A stretch of 64,000 bases of DNA from an uncultured delta proteobacterium (GTDB lineage: Bacteria > Myxococcota_A > Polyangia > Polyangiales > Polyangiaceae). Positions within the stretch are counted from its first letter, which is position 1. Each line of letters begins with the position of its first letter. This document shows positions 12,528-23,714 of the stretch, piece after piece. The stretch spans positions 1,184,001 to 1,248,000 of the forward strand of contig CAWAIF010000003.1 in the NCBI GenBank assembly GCA_963782055.1, written 5' to 3'. The notes beneath the pieces were generated by a model. It did not search any database and was not told where the DNA came from. It saw only the letters and a list, made by a program, of their open reading frames with translations. The translations under genes and the position numbers were made by a program.

Positions 12528-13166
12528 TCAGCCGTGCGTGGTCTGCTCGGACGCCGCCTCGTAGAACTCGCGCGTGCGCCGGCGCGTCAGCGCGATCACG
12601 ATGAGCCCCACGACGAGGGTGCGGACCACCAGCTTGCCCACCTCCATCGCCGGCGCGATCTTGCGCGTGATGGATGTCGCCTCGTCGACGAGCTGTGGGT
12701 CCTTCCCGTTCTCGCGGAGCGTGGCGGAGCGGATGGTGAGGTCCAGGTCCAGCGTGGCCGCCCGCACCCTCGGCGTGGCCACGTCCATCGCGATGACCAG
12801 CGCGGCCTGCACGATCATCACCTGCACCAGCGCCGAGCGGGCGCCCCGGCGGCCGGACATCGCGCCGATGGAGAGCCCGAGCGCCGCCAGGCCGAGGACC
12901 AGCTCCGCCGCCCCCATCGGGAAGAGGCGCGGACGCTCCGCCTGCAGGGCGCCCATGAGCTTGTTGATCGAGGCCTGCGCCGCCGCGCGGTTGGACTCGC
13001 GCGAGATGTCCCGGGTGATCTCCGACGTGTCGATGTGGTCGGTCCGGTAGACGTCGATGGTCTCCCACCCCTCCAGCGTCCCGACCGAGCCGAGAAAGGA
13101 GCAGATGATCAGCGCGACGATGAGGTACCAGGGGCGCCGGCGGACCTCGGGGGCCGGGGAGGGCAT
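12528..13166 (-). CDS. Hypothetical membrane protein (about 4 TM)
   Basis: Hydrophobic segments and GC3-biased codons; ends 8 bp before the mutL start. Confidence 0.75.
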   Translation of the reverse strand: MPSPAPEVRRRPWYLIVALIICSFLGSVGTLEGWETIDVYRTDHIDTSEITRDISRESNRAAAQASINKLMGALQAERPRLFPMGAAELVLGLAALGLSIGAMSGRRGARSALVQVMIVQAALVIAMDVATPRVRAATLDLDLTIRSATLRENGKDPQLVDEATSITRKIAPAMEVGKLVVRTLVVGLIVIALTRRRTREFYEAASEQTTHG

Positions 13167-13301
13167 CGCAGGCGGGATAGCACGGCCGCGCCCCCGGCGC
13201 GACCCGTTGCGCCGCCGCGGGGTCGCCTCGATGCGCCCTGAAATCCCTTCGCAATTCCGGAGAAAAATGGTTCTGTCCCCCCGTCCAAGGGGAAAAGCGC
13301 C

Positions 13302-14147
13302 ATGATCAGAACACTCCGGAACGCGAGCGCCGCCGGCGCCGTGCTTTTCATGGGAGCGGTGCTCGCGGGCAACGCGTCCGCCGCGCCGCCGCACAAGAAG
13401 GGGGCCGCCGCCGCCGCCCCCGCGCCCACGGTACCGCCGACGGCGACGGCCGATCTGCGCTCGGGCGACGCGACGAAGATCCGCGGCGCGCTGGACGACA
13501 TCCGCATGGCGGGCAAGCCGGCCGGCGCGAAGCTGGCGCCCGTCATCATCGAGCTGCTGAAGAAGGGCATGCCGGTCAGCCTGACCGAGGCGGCGATCGA
13601 CACCCTCGGCGACCTGGAGACGGGCGCGGCGAGCGGCGTCATCGTCGACTACCTGCACCACCGCGACCCGAAGATCCGCCAGGCCGCCGCCAAGGCCCTG
13701 CTCAAGACCAAGGGGGGCGCGCCCGTCGTCAAGGCGCTCCGCGCCGCCCTCTCCGACCCGGACCCGCAGGTGCGCGGCGTCGCGGCGACGGGCCTCGGCG
13801 AGCTGAGGGCCAAGGACGCCGTGCCGGACCTCTTCCTCGCCCTCGCTCACCGCGTCTACGAGTCCGCCGCCTCCATCGGCGCGCTCTGCGACGCCGCGCA
13901 GTGCGAGACCTTCGCGAGCAACCTGGGCAAGTACCCGCTGGACGTCATGCTCGGCGGCATCGACCCGATCCTCTTCCGCCCCGACGTCACCGACGACACC
14001 AAGATCAAGATGGTCGGCCACGTGCGCGAGCTCGGCACGCAGGAGGCGAACAAGTTCCTGCGCGACGTGCTCAAGCGCTGGAAGGGCTCGGCGCGCATCA
14101 AGCAGTCGCTCCAGCAGGCCGTGCAGGCGACGGGAGGTGGCGCGTGA
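13302..14147 (+). CDS. Secreted HEAT-repeat protein
   Basis: Signal peptide; HEAT-like units HRDPKIRQAAAKAL and SDPDPQVRGVAATGLG. Confidence 0.85.
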   Translation: MIRTLRNASAAGAVLFMGAVLAGNASAAPPHKKGAAAAAPAPTVPPTATADLRSGDATKIRGALDDIRMAGKPAGAKLAPVIIELLKKGMPVSLTEAAIDTLGDLETGAASGVIVDYLHHRDPKIRQAAAKALLKTKGGAPVVKALRAALSDPDPQVRGVAATGLGELRAKDAVPDLFLALAHRVYESAASIGALCDAAQCETFASNLGKYPLDVMLGGIDPILFRPDVTDDTKIKMVGHVRELGTQEANKFLRDVLKRWKGSARIKQSLQQAVQATGGGA

Positions 14148-15994
14148 AGCTCGGGCTCCTCCACCTCGCCGGTCTCGCGTCCGTGCTCGCCCTCACGGCG
14201 TGCGGCGGCGGCCAGACGCACCCCAACCTCTTCGCCACCGACTGGAACGACGACGGCGGCCAGGCCGTCGCGGCGGTCTGGCAGAAGCTCGCCGGCGTCA
14301 AGGCGCCCGCCGGCGTCAACGTGGCGGTCGGCGTCGCCGGCAACGACGACAAACTCGTCGGCATCTCCCTGGACGGCGGCGCGAAGTGGACCTTCCCCCA
14401 CGCCATCGAGGTGCGGCCGGCGATCGCCGGCGGCGTGGTGGTGTGCGAGGGCGGCGGCGAGCTCTTCGCGCTCGACGCGGCCACCGGGCGCAAGCTCTGG
14501 GCGCGCAACGTCGGCCCGGCGCTCATGCGCGGCGCGGGCGACGACGGCAAGGTCACCGTGGTGTCGCTGGAGCAGAACGGCGGCGCCGGCTCGATCCTGC
14601 TCGCGGTCGGACGCGACGGCGGCGTCGTGCGGCAGATGGAGACGGACAAGCAGCTCGGGGTCCCGGCGGTGCTGGGCGGCTACGTCTTCGTCCCCTGGCA
14701 GCGCCAGTACGTGAGCATCATCGACCTCACCAACGGCGACGAGGCGGCGCGCATCCTGCTGCGCGGCAAGGCGAGCCACGCCTTCACCGAGGGCGGCGGC
14801 CTCTACTTCGGCGAGCAGGAGCTCTTCCGCTGGGACGCCCACATCAAGGACGGCTCGCGCAACCAGGCCACGCGCCTCACGCTGCCGGACCGCGAGCTGC
14901 CCGGCACGCCGGCGCTGTTCCAGCCGGGCGAGCAGCACACCGCGCCCATCGCCCTCGCGCTCGACAAGGCGCGACTCTACGCGCGCCCGGCGTCCCCCGA
15001 CGGCCCCACCGGCTTCGACACCAGCCGCTTCTACGGCAGCTACTTCCGCCTGGTGATGGCGTTCGACACGACGAAGGGCTCGCTCGCGTGGGTCCACTCC
15101 GACAAGTCGGACGTGCTGGGCGGCGCGCCCGGCCCCGGCTCCTTCACCCTCTGCGACGAGGAGGGCAACATCACCGTGGTCGACGCGCAGAGCGGCGGCA
15201 CCGCGAAGACCCTCGCCCTCGGCGAGCCGGTCAAGAGCTGCACCGTCCAGGCGGACACCCTGCAGGCGACGGGCGCCACGCCGCCGCCGCCGCTCGTCCA
15301 GCAGATCGCCGCCGCGCTGACCAACCGCGACGCCGAGATGGTGGCCGGCCAGCGTCTTTTGCTACGCGAGATGGCGCAGCTCCAGGACGAGCTGGTGACC
15401 AAGACGCTCGTCGACCTGGCGAGCGATCCGCGCACCGCGCCGCCCCTCCTCAAGGACGCCCGCACCGATCTCGCCGCGCGCCGCAACGGCAAGCAGTACA
15501 TGCTCGACGCGCTGGCGAAGCACTACGACTTCCTCCACGACGTGCTGCGCCCGCCGCCGGTCGGGCCCATCGCGCAGGCCCTCGGGGCGATGAAGGAGAA
15601 GTCGGCGGCGCCGCTGCTCGCCGCGCACCTGCTCGACCCGGCAGACACCGACGACGACGTGCAGCAAGCGGCGGTCGCCCTGGTGGAGATCGGCGACGCC
15701 GCGCAGGCCCCCGAGCTCGCGCAGTTCTTCGCGCTCTATCACGCCGGCGCGGGCAGCCCGGAGGTCGCCCTCGCCGCGGCGAGCGCGGGCCAGGCGCTGC
15801 TCAAGGTGGGCGGCAAGAACGGCCGCGCCACCGTCGACGCGGCGATCGAGGATCCGCTCACCCTCGGCCCGGTCCGCGAGCGCCTCATCGCCATCGAGCA
15901 GTCCATGGACGCGCAGAAGTCCGAGGCGCCGGCCGCGGATGCGGGCAAGGGCAAGGGCAAGAAGCCCGAGAAGAAGGACAAGAAGAAGAAGTAG
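14144..15994 (+). CDS. Lipoprotein: PQQ/BamB-like beta-propeller plus HEAT-like C-terminal domain
   Basis: GTGA overlap with the upstream gene; lipobox LTAC; LFALDAATGRKLW propeller motif; helical C-terminus with Lys-rich tail. Confidence 0.8.
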   Translation: MKLGLLHLAGLASVLALTACGGGQTHPNLFATDWNDDGGQAVAAVWQKLAGVKAPAGVNVAVGVAGNDDKLVGISLDGGAKWTFPHAIEVRPAIAGGVVVCEGGGELFALDAATGRKLWARNVGPALMRGAGDDGKVTVVSLEQNGGAGSILLAVGRDGGVVRQMETDKQLGVPAVLGGYVFVPWQRQYVSIIDLTNGDEAARILLRGKASHAFTEGGGLYFGEQELFRWDAHIKDGSRNQATRLTLPDRELPGTPALFQPGEQHTAPIALALDKARLYARPASPDGPTGFDTSRFYGSYFRLVMAFDTTKGSLAWVHSDKSDVLGGAPGPGSFTLCDEEGNITVVDAQSGGTAKTLALGEPVKSCTVQADTLQATGATPPPPLVQQIAAALTNRDAEMVAGQRLLLREMAQLQDELVTKTLVDLASDPRTAPPLLKDARTDLAARRNGKQYMLDALAKHYDFLHDVLRPPPVGPIAQALGAMKEKSAAPLLAAHLLDPADTDDDVQQAAVALVEIGDAAQAPELAQFFALYHAGAGSPEVALAAASAGQALLKVGGKNGRATVDAAIEDPLTLGPVRERLIAIEQSMDAQKSEAPAADAGKGKGKKPEKKDKKKK

Positions 15995-16021
15995 GAGGAG
16001 CGCCCTGCGCGAATCCGGCCG

Positions 16022-16630
16022 TCACCGGTCGGCGTCGGGCGTCGCGGCCGGCCGCGCGCCGGCGTCGAACACGACGCCCAGGTGCAGCCCGATGCTCAGC
16101 ATCCCCTCCCACTGCTGCGGGACGTTCGCACCGAGCGGGAGCCCGCCGCGATAGACGCCCTCCAGCCCGAGTACGACCATCGCCAGGCGGGCCTCCGCCG
16201 TCACGCCGAAGCGTCCGCCGAGGGTCGAGTGGTCCTGGGTGCCGTTGCCACCGACGAAGCCGACGGCGGGGCCGACATCGAGGTAGATGGCACCCGTGGG
16301 GCCGTGCAGCTCGCGCGGCCCGACGAGCCGGAGGGAGTAGCCCGCGTCGGCGACGGCCGCCTGCGGGCCGAAGATACCCTCGCCGACCGCGAAGGAGGTG
16401 AAGACGCCGTGCATCGGGAGCGGGTGCACGCGGAGCGTCCCGCCGACGAAGCCGCCGCCTTCGTCGGAGGGGGACTGCGCCGAGCGCTCGAAGTTGGCGA
16501 TGCCAACGACCGCGGCGAGGTTGAACCGCGGTGGCTGGTCGTCGGCGGCGGCGCGGCGCGAAGCAAGACCGAGGAGGGCGAAGCAGAGGACGGCGGGGAG
16601 GACCGCCTTGATGTGGAGGGGCGAGTGCAT
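16022..16630 (-). CDS. Secreted hypothetical protein, possible small outer-membrane beta-barrel
   Basis: Signal peptide; alternating Gly/hydrophobic strands ending SIGLHLGVVF. Confidence 0.6.
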   Translation of the reverse strand: MHSPLHIKAVLPAVLCFALLGLASRRAAADDQPPRFNLAAVVGIANFERSAQSPSDEGGGFVGGTLRVHPLPMHGVFTSFAVGEGIFGPQAAVADAGYSLRLVGPRELHGPTGAIYLDVGPAVGFVGGNGTQDHSTLGGRFGVTAEARLAMVVLGLEGVYRGGLPLGANVPQQWEGMLSIGLHLGVVFDAGARPAATPDADR

Positions 16631-16642
16631 GCCCGGAGGAAG

Positions 16643-16658
16643 AGCAACCGGCGTGCCG
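16643..16658 (-). promoter_or_regulatory. Candidate sigma-54 -24/-12 promoter
   Basis: Minus strand CGGCACG-CCGG-TTGCT, 12 nt before ATG 16630. Confidence 0.6.
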
Positions 16659-16761
16659 TGCGTGATTTCCGGCGGATGCGACGCCCCATCGTGATCGCCG
16701 CGTCGCGGGGTGTGGTGGAATCGATACGCGCGTAGCGGGATTCGTGAGCAGTTCGTCTACT

Positions 16762-17988
16762 TCAGAGTGGCTTGCGTACGCGGACAATCCTGCCCGTGTT
16801 TGCCTGCCCGGTGCCCTTGTCCGCCCAGTAGACGAAGTCCCCGTCATTCACCAGCGAGGTGGGGTTGGGCTGGTTGACCGCGAGGGTGACCGGCCCGGCC
16901 TTGCAGTCGGGGAGCTTGCACGCGCGGATGGTCCCGTCGGGCGCCGTGCCGGAGCCGCGGATGGCCCAGTAGACGTAGCTCGAATCGGCGGTGATCGCGG
17001 AGACCCCGTTCTCCTTGGTGGCCAGCACCGTGCCCGAGCCGCTGCACCCGCCCAGGTCGCAGCCCACGATGGCGCCGCTGCTCTTCTGGTTCACGAAGGC
17101 GGTCGCTCCGTTGGTCGCCACGTACTCCGCGCTGTCGAGCAGCAGCGTCCACGACGCCTTGCAGTCGCTCGCGGTGTCGCAGACGTACACGCCGCCCCCG
17201 TTGATGGCGATGTTGCCGTCGGTGATGAGGAAGTGCGTGTCGTCCACCGCCATGTGCAGGGGGAAGGTGAGCGTGGCGACGTGACCCAGGCTGGTCTCCG
17301 CCTTGGTGCCGCGGGTCACGCGGAACACCGCGCCGTCGGGCGGGTCGAGCCAGTAGAGGTTCGTGGCGTTGCCGACCATCTCGTCGTTGCGGAAGCCGGG
17401 CGAGTAGAAGGGCGCCGGCAGGGTCTGGCCGCACCCGGAGTCCGGGCAGGTGAAGATGGAGTAGCTCTGGTTGTCGTTGGTGTAGCCGGCCCAGTACACG
17501 TTCGTCGCGTCCGCCGAGATGTAGTACGGCGAGAGCCCCGGGTACTTCGGCAGGTTGACCGAATCGCCCACGTCGCCCGGCGTGCCCGGGCAGCCGGTGA
17601 CGGGGCAGCGCTGCACCTCCTGGTCAATCATCCAGAAGACGCTCGGCCCGGCGACCGACAGCGAGACGGGGTTGGCCGCCTTGTCGGCGATGACCATCGG
17701 CTGGCAGACGCCCGCGTTGCAGAGCCCCTTGCCGCCGCAGTCGTGGCCGCACGCGCCGCAGTCGGTGTCGCTGCTGAGGAGCGAGGTCTCGCACCCGGCC
17801 ACGTTGGGATCGCAGTCGGCCGTGCCGGCCGGGCAGGTGACGGGGACGTCGGGTGCGCCGGAGTCGGGCGTGCCGGAGTCGGGCGTACCGGAGTCCGGCT
17901 GCGAGCTGGCGTCCGGTCTGTCGGTGGGGGAGTCGGTCACGCACGCGGTGAGCAAGAGAGGCAGGGCAAGGCAGGCGAGGAGACGCAT
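16762..17988 (-). CDS. Cys-rich lipoprotein with Stig1-like repeat and YWTD/DUF5050-like propeller
   Basis: Lipobox LTAC, PDSG x3, CETSLLSSDTDCGACGHDC and repeated DxxxVYW blades. Confidence 0.85.
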   Translation of the reverse strand: MRLLACLALPLLLTACVTDSPTDRPDASSQPDSGTPDSGTPDSGAPDVPVTCPAGTADCDPNVAGCETSLLSSDTDCGACGHDCGGKGLCNAGVCQPMVIADKAANPVSLSVAGPSVFWMIDQEVQRCPVTGCPGTPGDVGDSVNLPKYPGLSPYYISADATNVYWAGYTNDNQSYSIFTCPDSGCGQTLPAPFYSPGFRNDEMVGNATNLYWLDPPDGAVFRVTRGTKAETSLGHVATLTFPLHMAVDDTHFLITDGNIAINGGGVYVCDTASDCKASWTLLLDSAEYVATNGATAFVNQKSSGAIVGCDLGGCSGSGTVLATKENGVSAITADSSYVYWAIRGSGTAPDGTIRACKLPDCKAGPVTLAVNQPNPTSLVNDGDFVYWADKGTGQANTGRIVRVRKPL

Positions 17989-18032
17989 GGTGGGATCTCT
18001 CGCACGGCCGAAGCGCGCTGTCCATTCGACCG

Positions 18033-19199
18033 CTAGCGGTGGGACACGATGGACGGGCGCGGTGTGAGGCGGCAGGTGCGGTCCTTGTGGCCCGGCCGCG
18101 AGAGCACGCACGACGCGAGCACCCCCGAGTCGACGAGCGTCAGCAGGCCGCGCGCGTTGCCGCCGGGGGAGCTGACGTCGGCCCCGGGGCTCAGGGTGAT
18201 GGTGACGCCGCCGTGGAAGCCGTAGGTGTCCTTCGACGTGGTCTTGCCGTTCTTCATCGTGGAGGACGACGACATGCCGCCCGGCGCGTGCGCCTTGTGC
18301 GCGTCGTCGAGGAGGTCCTGCCCCACGCGCCACGTCCAGTGGGTGCCGTCGGAGAGCGCGACGTCGACGACGCTGGTCATGGTGGTGATGGTCCCGTCGG
18401 CGTCGAAGGCGGCGTACTCCTTCTCGGTCATGAACGGCACCGAAGGCACGAGCTGCACGCGGATGTGCCCCGTCGCGGCGTCGACGCCGGTGAAGCGGCC
18501 CTCCAGCTCGAGGGCGCGCGTCGGCGCGTTGGGCTTCGGGCCCCGGCAGGTGTCGTCGAAGTCGAGATCGAACTGGTTCCACTCCAGACCGGAGAGCGAG
18601 CTCGGCGCGAGACACGACGGCGAGGCGCCGGTGACGTGGAGCTGCCGCGTGAAGGGCGACCACTGCACCGTGAAGGTGTGGCTCGAGGGCGCGACGCCGC
18701 CGTGCCCGTCACGGAAGGCGAGGGTGGCATCGAAGGTCTGGTCCAGCGTGCCGGTGGCGAGCAGCGTCTTGAGCTGCGCCAGGGTGACGGTCCCCGGGCG
18801 CACCAGGTGGGCGTTGAAGTCGAAGAAACCCTGAAGGTGGATGACGCCCTTCTCCAGCGACGGCCCGGCCACGAGGGTGCCCACCCAGCGCAGCGCGCCG
18901 GTGGGGTCGATGAAGGCGACGACCCGGACGTTGTTGACCATCACGTGGCCGTCGGGCGACTCCTTGACCGGCATGGGCCCGAGGGCATGGTGACCCCGGA
19001 TCACCGTGTCGACGTCCACCGTGATGAGCGTGGTGTTGTTCGGCCCGGCGGCCTGGTGGACGCTGCCCAGCACCACGAGCGACGCGTTCTTCTGCAGCGT
19101 GGCGAAGTCGGTCTGCATCGGCGCCGCCCGGCCGGGCTGGGCGAGCGTCAGCGCCAGGAGCGCGACGGCGAGAAGGAGGAGACGGCGGGCGGCGGGCAT
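18033..19199 (-). CDS. Secreted hypothetical protein
   Basis: Signal MPAARRLLLLAVALLALTLAQPGRA; GC3-biased frame. Confidence 0.75.
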   Translation of the reverse strand: MPAARRLLLLAVALLALTLAQPGRAAPMQTDFATLQKNASLVVLGSVHQAAGPNNTTLITVDVDTVIRGHHALGPMPVKESPDGHVMVNNVRVVAFIDPTGALRWVGTLVAGPSLEKGVIHLQGFFDFNAHLVRPGTVTLAQLKTLLATGTLDQTFDATLAFRDGHGGVAPSSHTFTVQWSPFTRQLHVTGASPSCLAPSSLSGLEWNQFDLDFDDTCRGPKPNAPTRALELEGRFTGVDAATGHIRVQLVPSVPFMTEKEYAAFDADGTITTMTSVVDVALSDGTHWTWRVGQDLLDDAHKAHAPGGMSSSSTMKNGKTTSKDTYGFHGGVTITLSPGADVSSPGGNARGLLTLVDSGVLASCVLSRPGHKDRTCRLTPRPSIVSHR

Positions 19200-19265
19200 A
19201 CCGGGGTTGTACGTTGGTCCCCGCGAAATGCTCTCCGCCGTGAGGGCCGCCAGATTCACTTTGCC

Positions 19266-19476
19266 GGGGAGGGTCCCCGCCCAATTGACTTGGGCGGGGA
19301 GGGGCGGCGCGTGCCGCCCCTGCGACCCGTCCTGAGAGGATGAGAGCGCCGGTAACATCCTCTGCGCCCGACGCGTAGCGGAGGGCCCGCGTGGGGAGGG
19401 TCCCCGCCCAATTGACTTGGGCGGGGAGGGGCGGCGCGTGCCGCCCCTGCGACCCGTCCTGAGAGGATGAGAGCGC
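19266..19476. repeat. Two identical 84-bp structured direct repeats (19266-19349 and 19393-19476; period 127 bp), REP-like
   Basis: Exact duplication. Each copy has stems CCCCGCCCAA/TTGGGCGGGG and GGGGCGGC/GCCGCCCC, closed by GGGT/ACCC. Confidence 0.92.
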
Positions 19477-19493
19477 AGCTCTCATCCTCTCAG
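19459..19493. terminator. Perfect 16-bp hairpin overlapping the hmgA stop codon (possible terminator or REP arm)
   Basis: CTGAGAGGATGAGAGC-GCA-GCTCTCATCCTCTCAG; no U-tract. Confidence 0.45.
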
Positions 19494-20659
19494 AGCCAGG
19501 ACTCGTGGTACCCCGCCACCTCGATGTTTTGGGCCTGCGCGGTCGGTACGAGCGGCACGAGCGTGTCGCACATCACGGCCAGTTCGTCGGTCCGCGTCGT
19601 GCCGATGCTCTTCTCGTACGCCCCCGGGTGCGGCCCGTGGCAGATGCCTGCAGGATGCAACGAAATGCACCCCGGCCCCACGCCCTTGCGGCTGGTGAAG
19701 TTGCCGCGCAGGTACAGGATGACCTCGTCGCAGTCGACGCTGGAGTGGGGGTACGGGCAGGGGATGGCGTTGGGGTGGTAGTCGACCAGCCGCGGCACGA
19801 AGGAGCACACCAGAAACCCCGGCCCGGCGAAGGTGGTGTGGATGGTCGGCGGCAGGTGAACCAGCCCGGTCTTCGGCTGGTACTTCTCGATGTTGAACGC
19901 CCAGGGGTAGACGAAGCCGTCCCACCCGACGACGTCCATCGGCGCGTGCTCCAGGGCGTAGTGCGAGAAGGCGCCGCCCTTCTTCACCAGCAGCGCGCGC
20001 GGCCCGTCCTGCACCTTGTCCGGCGTGGCGATGGGCCCCGCGGGGTGGACGAAGTCGCGATGCGTGTAGGGTGCATCCATCCGGAGCTGCCCGACGGGGT
20101 TGCGGAAGTCGTCGGGGACTCGCACGCCGCCGCTCGCCTCGAACACCATCGCCCGCAGCTCGCCGCCCACGACGTGCCAGCGGTGCGTCATGGACTTGGG
20201 GACCCACACGTAGTCACCGGCGCGCACGTCCAGCCAGCCGCAGGGCGACTCCACCCGCGCGTTGCCCTCGTGCACGTACCAGAGCTCGTCGCCGTCGCCG
20301 TTGGCGAAGTAGGCGTCGTCGGTCTGCGTGGCGCGCACCAGGTAGACGGTGACGTCCTTGTTGAAGAGCACCGGCACGCGCTTGTCGACGGCCTGCCCGC
20401 CCCCGCCCACCTTGTTGGAGTCGTAGAGGCGCCGCCGCAGCGGAGTGACGGACTCTTCGTCCGGCGTCGGGCGCGCGAAGCCGCGATGCGTCGGCGTCGG
20501 GCGCGAGGGGGTGATGGGGTTGCGATGGTAGAAGTAGCTGAAGGGCCCGGAGAAGCCGCCGCGGGTGAACATCTCCTCGTAGAAGAGCTTGCCCTCCGCG
20601 TCGCGGAGGGCGGTGTGCGGCTTGTCGGGGAGGATCCCCGCGTGGCGGCGCTCGATCAT
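19490..20659 (-). CDS. hmgA: Homogentisate 1,2-dioxygenase
   Basis: NGDGDEL, DVVGWDG, HLPPTIHTTF, CSFVPR, PYPHSSVDCDEV and HPAGICHGP; overlaps the hppD stop. Confidence 0.93.
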   Translation of the reverse strand: MIERRHAGILPDKPHTALRDAEGKLFYEEMFTRGGFSGPFSYFYHRNPITPSRPTPTHRGFARPTPDEESVTPLRRRLYDSNKVGGGGQAVDKRVPVLFNKDVTVYLVRATQTDDAYFANGDGDELWYVHEGNARVESPCGWLDVRAGDYVWVPKSMTHRWHVVGGELRAMVFEASGGVRVPDDFRNPVGQLRMDAPYTHRDFVHPAGPIATPDKVQDGPRALLVKKGGAFSHYALEHAPMDVVGWDGFVYPWAFNIEKYQPKTGLVHLPPTIHTTFAGPGFLVCSFVPRLVDYHPNAIPCPYPHSSVDCDEVILYLRGNFTSRKGVGPGCISLHPAGICHGPHPGAYEKSIGTTRTDELAVMCDTLVPLVPTAQAQNIEVAGYHESWL

Positions 20660-21810
20660 TTCGCCTTCGCCGCGGCCTTCTGCGCGCGCTCGATGCTCTC
20701 GAACAGGGCCCGGAAGTTGCCGTAGCCGAAGCCCTTGTCCCCGGCGCGCTGGATGATCTCGTAGAAGAAGGGCCCCGCGCGCGAGTCGTCGTAGAGGCTG
20801 GCGGCCTCGCGCATGAAGATCTGCAGCATGTACTTGTCCTCCTGGCCGTCGACCAGGATCTGCAGGCGCTCGAGCTCCGCGAGCTCCTCCTTCACGTTGG
20901 TGATGCCGAGCTTCTCCAGGCGCCCGGGGAGGTCGCGGAAGTAGGAGGGCGGCGTCGTCATGAACTCCACGCCGCGCTTCTTCAGGTCCTCCACCGTGGG
21001 GATGATCCGGGGCACGCCGAAGGCGATGTGCTGGATGCCGTTGCCGCGGTTGTCCTCCACGAACTTCCAGATCTGCGACTCGCGGAAGGCGGGGCGCATC
21101 GGCTCGTTGGTGGCGAACTTCACCTCGCTCTCCGGGTCCCACATCACGATGGACTTGAGGCCGGAGCCGCCGAGCGTCTTGCTCACGTCCTGGGTGTGGA
21201 ACTTGATCTCCCAGAACTGCTCGAAGCCGAGCACGTCGCGGTACCAGGAGACGATGGGCTCCATCGTCAGGCCGTTGGAGGTCACGTGGTCGACCGCGGC
21301 GATGCCGTAGCGGTTCTCCGGGCGGCCGCCGTGGCCGACACCCGAGTCCACGAAGCCAGGCGCGAAGGCGCGGAAGTCGGTGCGCTCGATGAAGCGGAAG
21401 GCCACGTCGTCGAGCGGCGTCGCGATCTCGAAGCTGCGGTAGGTGCCCCCGCGCTCGTCCTTCTGCTCCAGCGGCTCGGAGAGCACGGTGCCGTTGCGCT
21501 TCTCCAGGAAGGCGAGGGTGTGGTCCAGGCTCTTCACGCGGAAGCTGAGGCTCATCACCCCCGCCGGGTGGCGCTTGAGGTAGCGCGCCGCCTTCGAGCC
21601 CTGGTTGAGCGGCGTGGAGACGCACACCCGCACGTCGCCGGCCCCGTAGACCGTGGACTGCTGGCCGCTCCGCGCCACGAGGTCGTCGCCCGCGCGCGCG
21701 ACCTCCTTGAAGTCCATCACCTCGGTGTAGAACTTCCGCGACCGCTCGAAGTTCTCCACGACGAAGTGATAGGAGTCGAAGCCCAGAAGCCCGATCGTCT
21801 CGCCTGCCAT
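20656..21810 (-). CDS. hppD: 4-hydroxyphenylpyruvate dioxygenase
   Basis: Iron-ligand motifs VDHV, IQHIA and FYEIIQR; also SGLKS, LLQIF-like MLQIF and GFGYGNFRALFESIE. Confidence 0.93.
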   Translation of the reverse strand: MAGETIGLLGFDSYHFVVENFERSRKFYTEVMDFKEVARAGDDLVARSGQQSTVYGAGDVRVCVSTPLNQGSKAARYLKRHPAGVMSLSFRVKSLDHTLAFLEKRNGTVLSEPLEQKDERGGTYRSFEIATPLDDVAFRFIERTDFRAFAPGFVDSGVGHGGRPENRYGIAAVDHVTSNGLTMEPIVSWYRDVLGFEQFWEIKFHTQDVSKTLGGSGLKSIVMWDPESEVKFATNEPMRPAFRESQIWKFVEDNRGNGIQHIAFGVPRIIPTVEDLKKRGVEFMTTPPSYFRDLPGRLEKLGITNVKEELAELERLQILVDGQEDKYMLQIFMREAASLYDDSRAGPFFYEIIQRAGDKGFGYGNFRALFESIERAQKAAAKAK

Positions 21811-21886
21811 GGGCGGAGCTTGCCACAAGCGACCTCACCCCCCAAGCCCTCACCCCCTGCCCGTGCCCGTGCCCCCGCCCGCGTGA

Positions 21887-23674
<1,788 letters not shown>

Positions 23675-23714
23675 TCGCGGGGGCCGCGCGCGCCTCCCGG
23701 GACCTCGGGCCTCT

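Noticed and set aside
19266..19493. Repeats as a CRISPR array, TPP or glycine riboswitch, or hammerhead ribozyme
   Set aside because: Only two 84-bp units and no cas genes. CTGAGA/CTCTCAGG occur without the other conserved riboswitch elements, and there is no CUGANGA plus GAAA core.
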